A stretch of 49,166 bases of DNA from Octopus sinensis. Taxonomy: Eukaryota. Under the pieces are notes generated by a model that saw only the letters and a program-made list of their open reading frames with translations, was not told the origin of the DNA and ran no database searches. Shown here in pieces: positions 12,117-23,900 of this stretch. Positions within the stretch are counted from its first letter, which is position 1. Every line of letters begins with the position of its first letter. The position numbers and the translations under genes were made by a program. Where the stretch lies: assembly GCF_006345805.1 (NCBI RefSeq), contig NW_021835485.1, forward strand, positions 1 through 49,166. The letters run 5' to 3'.

Positions 12117-12282
12117 CAGTATTAGTAGTGGTAGTAGTGGTAGTAGCAGTAGTAGCAGTAGTAGTAGTAGTAGTAGTAGTAGTAGCAGTGGTAGTAGTAG
12201 CAGTAGTAGTTGTAGTAGTAGTAGTAGTTGTAGCATTAGCAGTAGTAGTAGTAGTAGTAGTAGTAGTAGTTGTAGCAGTAGC

Positions 12283-12338
<56 letters not shown>

Positions 12339-12367
12339 TAGTAGTAGTAGTGCTAGTAGTGGTAGTA
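11927..12367. repeat. (GTA)n array with GCA/GTG/GTT variants
   Basis: Read directly from the sequence. Confidence 0.95.
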
Positions 12368-12559
12368 GATGAAAAGGAAGAGGATATGGGATGTTGGTGA
12401 AAAATGTGTTTGAGGATCAAGGCGTAGAAGAAGAGAAATGAAAAGATCGAAGAAGAAGAGTAAGGAGAAGTCGAAGATATGGAGGAGGTGAGAAAAAAGG
12501 AAGAGCTGAAGGCAATAAAGAAACATGAAATAACAAAAACACGTTCCTTTCTACACAAT

Positions 12560-13033
12560 AATGTGACAAAGCACAAAAGGGGAACAACACTAAAACAATA
12601 AATTCAGATAACAACGCAAGAAAGGCTGGTAAAACAGACAAAAAACAACTTGGAAACAGAATTGTAAAGTATACTAAACAAGAAAAATGGAGTGCAAAAA
12701 ACCCCACTCCATGTTCAGTACCCTGTAAAGTTCGATAGAGAGGAAGTGAGACAAAGCGCAGGCCAACAATGGCTTAAAAGCTCTGGACAAAAATCAGAAA
12801 AGGAAAAACTGATTCTATCTGCACAAACCAATGCCTGGCAACCGGCAGTTTTAAGTGCTAATCTATGAAACAGAATAGTAGCACAAAATGTCGAATGTGC
12901 AGCCAATAGAGAGAGAGAGAGACAATTGACCATATCATCTCTGGATGCCTAGTCATTGGTAAATCTGATTTATATACACAGGTATGGTTAAATGGGCACC
13001 TATTTACACAGAGGAAATATGCCAAAACCACGA
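12560..13033 (+). mobile_element. Decayed R4/Dong-like RLE LINE fragment (post-RT region and zinc knuckle)
   Basis: Frameshifted translation PLHVQYP...QQWLKSSGQKSEKEKLILSAQ...KCRMCSQ...ETIDHIISGC matches the WL..G.LK.ETE..I.AAQ...C..C...ET..HI.SGC pattern of this clade. Confidence 0.75.
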
Positions 13034-13240
13034 TGTGAGACAGTTGATCTGCTTTGTAAGTCCAATCTCAACACTTTCAAGAGTTTTAATGAAGCTTGTA
13101 TCGTGACTTTCTACTTGCTTCGTGCGTGGTTTGTCTTTGGAGAGTTCTTGCAGAGCTTGACCTGAGCTACGAATTGCTGTAACCATATCACGCTCAATCA
13201 TTTCAAGTTGACGAAGTCTTTCTACTGGACAAGATCCCAT
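13034..13240 (-). pseudogene. MED11: Truncated Mediator subunit 11 copy (N-terminal ~69 codons)
   Basis: MGSCPVERLRQLEMIERDMVTAIRSSGQALQELSKDKPRTKQVESHDTSFIKTLESVEIGLTKQINCLT aligns, from memory, with animal MED11 (ERL..LE.IE.....AGQALQELSKEK...F.K.L..VE..L..QI.YLT). It lacks the conserved QVSTGQPHEG C-terminus. The last 9 ORF residues come from antisense LINE sequence, and there is no convincing splice donor at the break. Confidence 0.8.
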
Positions 13241-13299
13241 CGTGGGGCAGATATGTTTAATTAGTTACTACAGGCAAGAATTGTTATAAATATGTAACT

Positions 13300-13712
13300 T
13301 ATTTCTTTACCACCCACAAGGGGCTAAACACAGAAGGGACAAACAAGGACAGACAAACGGATTAAGTCGATTATATCGACCCCAGTGCGTAACTGGTACT
13401 TATTTAATCGACCCCGAAAGGATAAAAGGCAAAGTCGACCTCGGCGGAATTTGAACTCAGGGCGTAGCGGCAGACGAAATACCTATTTATTTATTACCCA
13501 CAAGGGCTAAACACAAAGGGGACAAACAAGGACAGACATAGGTATTAAGTCGATTATATCGACCCCAGTGTGTAACTGGTACTTATTTAATCGACCCCGA
13601 AAGGATGAAAAGCATAGTCAACCTCGGCGGAATTTGAACTCAGAGCGTAGCGGCAGACGAAATACCGCTAAGCATTTCACCCGGCGTGCTAACGATTCTG
13701 CCAGCTCGCCAA
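13300..13712 (-). mobile_element. SINE family B with two tandem ~190-bp body units
   Basis: Head at the 13712 end, then two copies of the body, joined at the reverse complement of AAATAGGTATTTCGTCTGCC. Confidence 0.85.
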
Positions 13713-14316
13713 CACTATACATGACAACGACCTGGTCACGATCACTAGGGATATGCCTATACAAAATTGACAAAGCCGTCGATATAAACCAATCAGATAT
13801 TTTGATAAAGATTCCGGGGGGGGGGGGGGAACACGCATTGACTGATATCCCAATCCTTTTTGATCAAAATATTGCAGGTGGAAAAATTCGTCAGAAATAT
13901 GCGGATCGTGAAATCGAAATATTTAGATGTGTGTTATAAAAGTTGAAATGGTAGGAATAACACATATGGAACATTGGGTCTGATAAATCGAAATATTTAG
14001 GTTCGGGTCGTACAAGTTTAAATAATACGAATAATGCATGGAACATTAGATATGACAAAAAATTAACCAAAACATCGAAGCCAATTCTATAGTAAAAAAA
14101 AAATAGTTCAACTAGGAGCAGTCCATTTCCTGCGTTAGATATTATCGATTCAGAAGAACAGCTCATATAGAACAATCGTCTCACAATACACTCACATACA
14201 CACATAATAAATACACGGAAATGCTCACTCTCCATATACTCTTAGAAGATTAATATCCAATAAAATAATGCAATTCACATTATATCTAACACACACGAAA
14301 GAGCAAATTGTAATAT

Positions 14317-14727
14317 ACTCTTTATACTCTTTTACTTGTTTCAGTCATTTGACTGCGGCCATGCTGGAGCACCGCCTTTAATCGAGCAACTCGACCCTGG
14401 GACTTATTCTTTTGTAAGCCAAGTACTTATTATATCGGTCTCTTTTGCCGAACCGCTAAGTGACGGGGACGTAAACACGCCAGCATCGGTTGTCAAGCAA
14501 TGCTAGGGGGACAAACACAGACACACAAACATACGTACACATACATATATATATACATATATACGACAGGCTTCTTTCAGTTTCCGTCTACCAAATCCAC
14601 TCACAAGGCATTGGTCGGCCCGAGGCTATAGCAGAAGACACTTGCCCAAGATGCCACGCAGTGGGACTGAACCCGGAACCATGTGGTTGGTAAGCAAGCT
14701 ACTTACCACACAGCCACGTCTGCGCCT
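14317..14727 (-). mobile_element. SINE family A, full length
   Basis: Complete reverse-complement copy. Confidence 0.9.
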
Positions 14728-14884
14728 ATGATGCCAGAAATAACAAATAAACCACAGCAAAACAAAATGATGCCGTTTAAAGTAGTCTGTACTTCTCCAT
14801 CGCTCACAAAAATTAAGACACAGACAGATGCATGTAGATTAAGGAAACGGAAGTGCACAAATGGATGCAGTAGAAGGAACCCAG

Positions 14885-14965
14885 GAAATAGCTAGAGTCG
14901 AATAAATTGATCCCTGTTCTTAACTGGTACTTTATTGCGAGTAATAATGATTTGATCCCTGGATC
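14885..14965 (-). mobile_element. SINE family B fragment
   Basis: TTAACTGGTACTTTATT...TTTGATCCCTGGATCGTAAATGAAG resembles the family B body. Confidence 0.45.
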
Positions 14966-14989
14966 GTAAATGAAGAGGACGAAAAATAT

Positions 14990-15412
14990 AGGCGCAGGAG
15001 TGGCTGTGTGGTAAGTAGCTTGTTTACCAACCACATGGTTCCGGGTTCAGTCCCACTGCGTGGCACCTTGGGCAAGTGTCTTCTACTATAGCCTCGGGCC
15101 GACCAAAGCCTTGTGAGTGAATTTGGTAGACGGAAACTGAAAGAAGCCCGTCGTATATATGTATGTTTATATATATATGTGTGTGTGTGTGTGGGTTTGT
15201 GTGTCTGTGTTTGTCCCCCTAGCATTGCTTGACAACCGATGGTGGTGTGTTTACGTCCCCGCTACTTAGCGGTTCGGCAAAAGAGACCAATAGAATAAGT
15301 ACTGGGCTTACAAAGAATAAGTCCCGGGGTTGAGTTGCTCGACTAAAGGCGGTGCTCCAGCATGGCCGCAGTCAAATGACTGAAACAAGTAAAAGAGTAA
15401 AAGAGCGAGTAA
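14990..15412 (+). mobile_element. SINE family A, full length
   Basis: Complete head, body and tail. Confidence 0.9.
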
Positions 15413-15439
15413 AAATTACAATCCCTTAAAGTTTTTAGA

Positions 15440-16236
<797 letters not shown>

Positions 16237-16328
16237 TCAATAACAATAATAATATAATAATAATAATAATAATAATAATATTAATAATAATATTGATATT
16301 ATTATTAATAATAATAATAATAATAATA

Positions 16329-16359
<31 letters not shown>

Positions 16360-16364
16360 TTAGT

Positions 16365-16405
<41 letters not shown>

Positions 16406-16460
16406 TAATATAATAATAATAATAATAATAATATAATAATAATAATATTATAATATAATG

Positions 16461-16501
<41 letters not shown>

Positions 16502-16566
16502 TATTAATAATAATAATAATAATATAATAATAAAATATAATTAATAATAATAATAATAATATTATT

Positions 16567-16623
<57 letters not shown>

Positions 16624-16636
16624 TAATAATAATATT

Positions 16637-16696
<60 letters not shown>
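16237..16696. repeat. ~460-bp degenerate (TAA)n array
   Basis: Read directly from the sequence. Confidence 0.95.
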
Positions 16697-16697
<1 letters not shown>

Positions 16698-16759
16698 GTT
16701 TCCTTCCAGTTATGAGGGAATAATATTAATAATAATAAAGGCGAACTGCCAGAGTGATA

Positions 16760-16950
16760 TAGCCCTAGATGAGAATTTATATGGTAACTTGAACCTCCTC
16801 ATGGTCCCAGCAGACAAAATAGAAAAAGGAATTGCCCCGGACGATGGCGTGAAAGATACGCTGGACAGCCACTCCCACTCATGGGGCTTGTACTTTTGGC
16901 TAGTTATCTGCACTTCAGAGCAGTGGACAAGGATATGGTCCAGGGGCCGG
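16760..16950 (-). mobile_element. Possible CRE-like RLE LINE C-terminal remnant
   Basis: With single-base indels the minus strand reads EWL-QRIFHAIVRGNSFSILSAG, resembling the CRE-type QRLS.A..RGNA.SIL motif. Confidence 0.4.
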
Positions 16951-17029
16951 AATGATGATAATGGTGGTGGTAGTGGGGGAGGAATAATATTATTCTAGGT
17001 GACTCAGACAAAGAAAATGGAAGAAGTAG

Positions 17030-17251
17030 AGAAGATAGGAGGAGGAGGAGGAGGAGGAGAAGAAGAAGAAGAAGAAGAAGAAGAAGAAGAAGAAGAAAAG
17101 AAGAAGAAGAAGAAGAAGAAAGAAGAAAAGGGAAGTCGAAGAAAAGGAAGATCAAGAAGAAGAAGAAGAAGAAGCAGAAGAAGAAGAAAAGAAAGTAGAA
17201 AAGGGACTCGAAGAAATGGAAGATCAAGAAGAAGAAGTAGAAGAAGAAGAA

Positions 17252-17283
<32 letters not shown>

Positions 17284-17682
17284 AGAAGGTGTAGAAGAAA
17301 AGAAGAAGAAGAAGAAGAAGAAGAAGAAGATAAGAAGAATGGAAGAATAAGGTGTAGAAGAAGAAGAAGAAGAAGAAGAAGGAGTAGTAAAAGAAGAAAA
17401 AGAATAAGAAGAAGGAGTAGTAAAAGAAGAAAAGAAGAAGAAGAAAGAAGAAAGAAGAAGTAATAGTAGTAAATAGAAAAAGAAGAAGAAGAAGAAGATA
17501 AGAGAAGAGGAGTATAAAAGAAGAAGAAGAAGAAGAAGAAGAAGAGAAGAAGAAGGAGTGGAGAAGAAGAAGAAAAAAAGAAGAAGAAGAAGAAAAGAAG
17601 AAGAAGAAGGAGCAGAAAGAAGAAGAAGAAGAAGAGAAGAAGAAGAAGAAGAAGAAGAAGAAGAAGAAGAAGAAGAAGAAGA
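17030..17682. repeat. ~650-bp polypurine (GAA)n-dominated array
   Basis: Read directly from the sequence. Confidence 0.95.
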
Positions 17683-18149
17683 GGGAAACGGTGACGAAAT
17701 GCAATGAGAAAACAAGAAAAACAACGCCAAAAACCGACAGTTAGGCTGGAACGCCAACAACATAAAAATTGGACAAAATAAAACGAAGTTATATGAGAAA
17801 GTAATGGAAAGAAATTGGGCCAAATTAATGGTTTAGATGATGATGATGTGATGATGAAGATGCAGGGATGAGGATGGGGTCGTTAGGGGAGGGATATTGC
17901 TTAATGGCTCTTCATAGTTTGAGCTTTTAATACACAACTTTGGCCTGGTATCTTTAAGTTCACTTATTACTGCCCATCTTCCCGTCTCATCCACATTATC
18001 TTCCCTAACTTTCCTCTCTCTCTCCGTCTCTATCCCCGTTACTATTTCTCCTTTCTTTTCTTCTTCCTTCCTTCCTTCCTTTCTTTCTGACTTTCTTCCT
18101 TCCTTTCTTTTCTTTACCTCTGTCTCACGCAATTTTTAACAGTCTATAA

Positions 18150-18260
18150 ATCTCACTTTCTATACGTATCTGTATGTGTATCTATATTGTATGTATGTTT
18201 GTATGTGTAAGTACATACATATGTACATACACATATACTAATATAGATATATGTATATAT

Positions 18261-18323
<63 letters not shown>

Positions 18324-18584
18324 TATACACATATATATATACACTATATATATATATAATGTCTATGTTTATGAATAAATAATGTATATATATAAACATA
18401 TACATTATATATTATATATAGATATATAATGTATATGTCTATATATATATATATATACATTATGTATATGTTTATAAATAAATAATGTATGTGTGTGTGT
18501 TGATATATAATTTATTAATAAATAATGCATCTATAAATATTGTATATGTACTGTACATCTACTATATATATATATGTATATAAG

Positions 18585-18623
<39 letters not shown>

Positions 18624-18700
18624 ATATGTATGCATATATGTATCTATATCTATATATGTATATATGTTTATATAATATATAGATAATGCATCAATACGTA
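18150..18700. repeat. (TA)n/(TG)n field
   Basis: Read directly from the sequence. Confidence 0.9.
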
Positions 18701-19208
18701 AGGTACGTATATGAATGTGCGTATGTTTGTGTTTTAAAACAAATTTGACAAGATGGCCGCTTTCCACTGCTTTATTTTACTTTCATTGCAAATATGAATG
18801 CCAACATGATTAAGTATAGAGAAATGCTTTTTTCCCTTTGATTGGTTGGACGGTTGGTTGGTTGGTTGGCCGGCTTTGGGAGTCTGGCTAGCTGGGTGGC
18901 TGTCTGGTTGGTTAAGTTGATTGATTCGTTGATTGATTTAATGGTAAGATGGAAGTGGTGCGTGGCAGGGTGGAGCAGTGAATGGCGGTGTGGTGTTATT
19001 AGTGTGTGGTGGGGTTGACTTCTGAAGTAAAAAAAAAACAACAACCAAAAAAAACTACCTCATTTCTTTAAAAGAAATCGCACTTACGTTAAAAGGAATA
19101 AATAATAACTAAATTTCAATTCATATTTCGTTTCCTTTTTAGTTAGGAATATACACACAATAATAGACATAAGCATACATGCATATATATACACATATAT
19201 ATATATAA

Positions 19209-19242
<34 letters not shown>

Positions 19243-19499
19243 CTACTTAAAATATACATAATATTTACATACATACATATATACTTAATATGTACGTACA
19301 TATATACATACTAACCTACAGATATATGTGTGTCTGTGTGTGTCTATAAAAATTCGATAAAGTAAATAAGATATAATATATAAATTTAACTTAAGGGGAA
19401 ACGAACCCATAACGAATTTGTTGACGCCTGTCAACAACTGAATTTTTATTTTCCGGACTTTATTCGCATATTTTTTTCTTTTAATATGTTTTGTTTAAG

Positions 19500-19588
19500 A
19501 AGGCGGTGAGCTGGCAGAAACGTAAGCAAGCCGGGTGAAATGCTTAGCGGTATTTCGTCTGTGGTTAAGTTCTGAGTTCAAATTCCTT
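19500..19588 (+). mobile_element. SINE family B head, truncated at (TA)n
   Basis: AGGCGGTGAGCTGGCAGAAACG...TTCTGAGTTCAAATTCC. Confidence 0.75.
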
Positions 19589-19713
19589 ATATATATATAT
19601 ATGTAAAATCCTGGGTTCAATGTAATCCACTATTTCCGTCGTCTAAAATTTCAGACCTAGTGCCTTTAGCAGAAGTAGTAGTAGTAGTAGTAGAAATAAT
19701 GATGATGATGATG

Positions 19714-19755
<42 letters not shown>

Positions 19756-19767
19756 TATTGTTATAAA

Positions 19768-19802
<35 letters not shown>

Positions 19803-19805
<3 letters not shown>

Positions 19806-20088
19806 GTCTTGCAAACAACTTGCACATGCAAGTGCTACCAGTCAAAAGCTTCGTATACCGGAAGCCAGCAAGTGTATGGGGTCATCAGGAGAGAATGCGC
19901 GGCGTTTCGGGGCCAACCTCTTGACGGCGTCAATGCTCACCGACCCCCCCCCTCACTGATATGAGGCCCCGCTTGCTAGATAGCTGGTTATCAAATTAAG
20001 CTCAATATTTTTCTAGCCATCGCTCATCTTCTCTTTTTAACCAAATCCAGTGGCTAGCCTTCTCCACTGTAGATTGGATATCGGTCAT
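19803..20088 (-). mobile_element. HERO-like RLE non-LTR retrotransposon 3' end
   Basis: ORF remnant TDIQSTVEKASHWIWLKREDERWLEKY* (20088 to 20002) matches the HERO C-terminal motif AE.AS.WLWLKR. The 3' UTR contains GGGGCCTC, CCCGAAACGCC and CTGATGA, as I recall for HERO UTRs. Flanked by TAA tracts. Confidence 0.7.
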
Positions 20089-20107
20089 GTATTTTATAAA
20101 TATTATG

Positions 20108-20167
<60 letters not shown>

Positions 20168-20179
20168 GCTGTTATTATT

Positions 20180-20832
20180 GCCTTTGCACATCTTCAAACG
20201 CTGGAGATGTACTACAGTGTCAGCTGTTCACTACCAGTGAACTAAGGTAACACCACTTATTTTTCGAACACCTTCCGGAGTATTCAAGCGGTTCCAAGCA
20301 GTGATGTTTTCTGCAAGTGCTCCACCCTTATTGCAGCCCCTATTTGTTCTGTGTACTTCTCGAGATTTTTGCTCACTGTTCCCAGGGCTCCGACAATTAT
20401 TGGTACTACTGTTACCTTTTTCATCGACCACAACTGCTTAACTTATCAAGCTAATCTGTCATATCTATCTACTTTTCTTTCTTCCTTATCGCATACCTTG
20501 TTGTCAGCTGGGCATGCTATATCTATGGTCCATCATAGTTTGTTTTCTTTCTCAATTAAGACTATGTCCGGCTTCCTATTCTCTATCTCACGGTCGCACT
20601 AAATCATAAAATCCCATAGGGTCTTTGCATTTCTATATTCGACGATGCTTTCAGGTTTGTGGTCGTACCAAATTTCTGCACTGTCAAGTCCATAGTTGTT
20701 GCAAAGTGTCCAATGGATAAACCTGGCTATTTTGTCGTCGCGTCTCTTATATTCCTCTGGGTTTGTGGCGTACATTCGCTGGTAATATGCCATACGGTTT
20801 ACACCGTTTTGTCCACAGATTCTGAACTTTTT
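20180..20832 (-). mobile_element. R4/Dong-like LINE, 5'-truncated (zinc knuckle and RLE domain)
   Basis: Decayed translation K.RICGQNG.TVWHITSEC...EYKRRDDKIARFIHWTLC...WYDHKPE...TLWDFMI.CDREIENRKPDIVLIEK...IDIACP...VPIIVGALGTVSK...LQKTSLLGTA.ILRKVFEK*, carrying the PD..D nuclease motif. Confidence 0.85.
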
Positions 20833-20851
20833 GTTATTATTATTATTGTTG

Positions 20852-20886
<35 letters not shown>

Positions 20887-20887
<1 letters not shown>

Positions 20888-21271
20888 TATGTTTGACTTT
20901 TGCTTTATGTCTGTACAAGTTGGCTCCAAGTCTCACCCAGAGATCTCAAGAGACAACAGGTTGGAAGTTCTGTGCCATATATTTGGTGGGGGGGGGGGGG
21001 TTGTGTTGTACTAGTGAATGTCTAAAAAAAAAAAAAAATTTTTTTTAAAAAGTTTGTTTTAAACCTTGGGATTACATAGAGAGTATTTTGCGTAGGATAT
21101 GAGCAGTTTCCATGAGCACTATCTTTTGAATTTCTGCCATTTTGGGGTTTCCTGGTATCTGAGTTAGGTAGCAATCAGTCCCTTTCGCTATCATTCCCAG
21201 GTCACCTATGACAACAGGTATTGTTTTAGTCTTCAGCTTCCACATTTTGCTGATTTCTATTTCAAGATCTT
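20887..21271 (-). mobile_element. R4/Dong-like LINE, short 3' fragment
   Basis: KDLEIEISKMWKLKTKTIPVVIGDLGMIAKG...EIQKIVLMETAHILRKILSM* plus 3' UTR, bounded by TAA tracts at both ends. Confidence 0.85.
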
Positions 21272-21297
21272 TATTATTATTATTATTATTATTATTA

Positions 21298-23900
21298 TGT
21301 TTATCTTTTACTTTATTTAAAAATTGAGTCCAAGTCTCACCCAGATGCCTCAAGAGTGAACAAGTTAGAAGTTTAAGTCGATATTATGACTAGGGTACCA
21401 TATTTTCGGTTTTGCATAGAGAATAGTTCTAGAGAGTGTCTGTCAAAACACAAGGAAATTAAAAGTTTGTTTTAATAGTATTTTGATGATGAGATGATAT
21501 AGTGATCTGAAGATGACAATAAAAGGTATTCGCTATTATGTACATTTAAAAGTACTTTTGATAATCTTTGCAAATTAAAATGATTTTGGAATCCCATCGA
21601 CAATATTTTCTTAGGATATAAGCAGTTTCCACGAAGCCTATTTTTTAAAATTATCCTATTTTTATATTTCTAGATATCTGAGATAGAGAAGAACCAGCCC
21701 CTTTTCCTATCATCCCAATGGCACCTATCACAACAGATATTGGTCAAGTCGTGTTTCTGTTTCACGATCTTTTTTTTTTTATTTGCTCAGGCTTTGGTAG
21801 GTCTTGACAGTTACATTTATGTTGATTGGGACAGTCACGTCTATAAAGAAGCATTATTTTTGTCAAAAATCCTTCTGTGTAATGTTTAGCATCTATCTTT
21901 CTGTCAGTTTGATCAGTAAAGTTCTAAAGGAATGAGATGTGATCATTTTCAAGCACTGAAAAGTGTTTCTGTTCCCACCAGATTTTATCATGGGTATGTC
22001 CAGGTCTTGGCAAATTACCAAGTAAATATACTGTGCCGCTCTAGCATGCCTGTTGATATACCTTGTGGGCGCATGAAGGCTGCACATGGAGGCTATATGA
22101 TCGATGGTCTCCGCCAGTTGTTTACACACATGAGATGTTGGGCTACTGCTGCTCTTTAAGATGTTGGCCTGGTAGCTTCTTGTAGGGGAGCATTGAGCTT
22201 GGGCTGCTACAATAAACCATGCTGTCTCTAATTTTAAGCCAGAAGACGCTAATCGTTGATGGGTAAGGGCTTTGTCGAAATCGGCATTATTAGCTCTCTT
22301 TGGGTATTTGTTATTTATCAGAGAGAATTTCTAGGGCAGCAGTTTTAGCAAGGATTTTCATACGTTGCGCTTTTCTGTGCTTGTTTCCAGTAACCTAATT
22401 TTGAGACTTGCTGTATTTAGAATTCACTCTTTTGTTATTGAATATGCCGTTGTCTTGTTTTCGCGCTTCAAGACGAGTTTTAGCATCCAGTCATCAAACT
22501 TTTTTCAGATAAGTGTTTAGGCCAATTGTGGCAATCTTCATTGTCAATTGAAGTTCTAAGAATCCACAACCATACTCTTGTCTTGGTAAGTAAAGTCGTT
22601 CAACATCTGTCTCAGGGCAATGTATTTTATTCATTATCAACAATTTTCGAATTTTTCTATCAAGCTTACGGATTTCAGTAATTCACCAGTTAATAATATT
22701 GAAACTGTAAATCACGATCAGGTATGACTAAAGTATTAATCGCTCCGATCCTGTTTCTTGCGATTAGCTCTGCCTTCAGTATTGTCCTTAGCCTGCGATA
22801 ACATTCTTTTCAGACATTTTCACTCATCATTGAATGTTTAATTCCATCACCTTCACATATCCCTAAGTATTTGTTCTAATACCCTTATAACTTTCTGTTG
22901 GTCAAGTTTAACTTTGGGTGTTTATATAATTTTTCCCCCTGAAAAAGGTAGCTTTTGCACATTTATCTAGGCCAAATTCTATCCTGATGTCACCACTAAA
23001 TTGTTTTACAATTGGTAGTAAGCCCTGTAGTTGCTGGCCATTTTTTGCAAAGAGCTTTAAAATCATCCCTGTAAAAGAGATCATTTTTAGTTTTGCCAAA
23101 ATGATTATAGCCACCTTGTGCTTCATCGAGCAATTTGGAAAGAGGTGTTAAGGTTAGACAAAAGAGGAGTTGTGATAGAGAGTCACCCTGGAAAATGCTT
23201 CACGAAAGGTTTACATCTCCAGCATTCAAAGATTCATTCTCACTATTTAAATTCCTTGTAGTTTTCCATACTTCTATACTTACAGATAGTGGAGGCGCAA
23301 TGGCCCAGTGGTTAGGGAAGTGGGCTCGCGGTCATAGGATCGCGGTTTCGATTCCCAGACCGGGCGTTGTGAGTGTTTATTGAGCGAAAACACCTAAAAG
23401 CTCCATGAGGCTCCGGCAGGGGATGGTGGTGATCCCTGCTGTACTCTTTCACCACAACTTTCTCTTACTCTTACTTCCTGTTTCTGTTGTACCTGTATTT
23501 CAAAGGGCCGGCCTTGTCACTCTCTGTGTCACGCTGAATATCCCCGAGAACTACGTTAAGAGTACACGTGTCTGTGGAATGCTCAGCCACTTACACGTTA
23601 ATTTCACGAGCAGGCTGTTCCGTTGATTCGGATCAACCGGAACCCTCATCGTCGTAACTGACGGAGTGCTTCTAAAAAACTTACTGATAAGAAGTTTCGC
23701 AGAGATGGTGCTATTTTATAAACTTCCAGATATTTCTCAATCCAGCAATGTCGTGGCCTACCAAAGGCATTTTTTATCGCCTGTCCAGGTCATTGGTAGG
23801 CTTTTGTGCCGTTTGTGACACACTTCTAAAAAACTTCTTACTTGTGAGAATGCATTAATTATTAAAAGCCTGGTTTGTAGACAGTTGAAAAAAGTATACT
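21298..23900 (-). mobile_element. R4/Dong-like LINE, ~2.2 kb decayed (RT and RLE), interrupted by a SINE
   Basis: RT motifs WIEKYLEVYKIAPSLRNFL, IFQGDSLS.LLFCL, YRDD (mutated YMDD) and DIRIEFGLDKCAK; knuckle CKQLAETIDHIASMC; 3' UTR similar to the copy at 20887-21071. Confidence 0.85.
23291..23672 (+). mobile_element. SINE family C (tRNA-Arg-like head, probably OR-type), full length
   Basis: GGAGGCGCAATGGCCCAGTGGTTAGG...GGTTTCGATTCCC head. Imperfect TSD ACTTACAGATAG (23278-23289) / ACTTACTGATAA (23679-23690). Confidence 0.9.

Noticed and set aside
10124-12576. Poly-N, poly-T, poly-V and poly-L ORFs of 150-255 aa
   Set aside because: They are translations of trinucleotide arrays, open on both strands and in several frames.
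16904-17823. Poly-E/K/R and poly-F/S/L ORFs
   Set aside because: They are translations of the (GAA)n array.
19880-19915. CTGATGA and GAAAC in the HERO-like 3' UTR (minus strand) as a hammerhead
   Set aside because: The strands that would form stem II (CCCC and CCCC) cannot pair, and no UH cleavage site fits.
21072-21353. 93-aa ORF with poly-Asn as a gene
   Set aside because: It is a chance fusion of one LINE's 3' UTR, the (AAT)n spacer and the next LINE's C-terminal codons.
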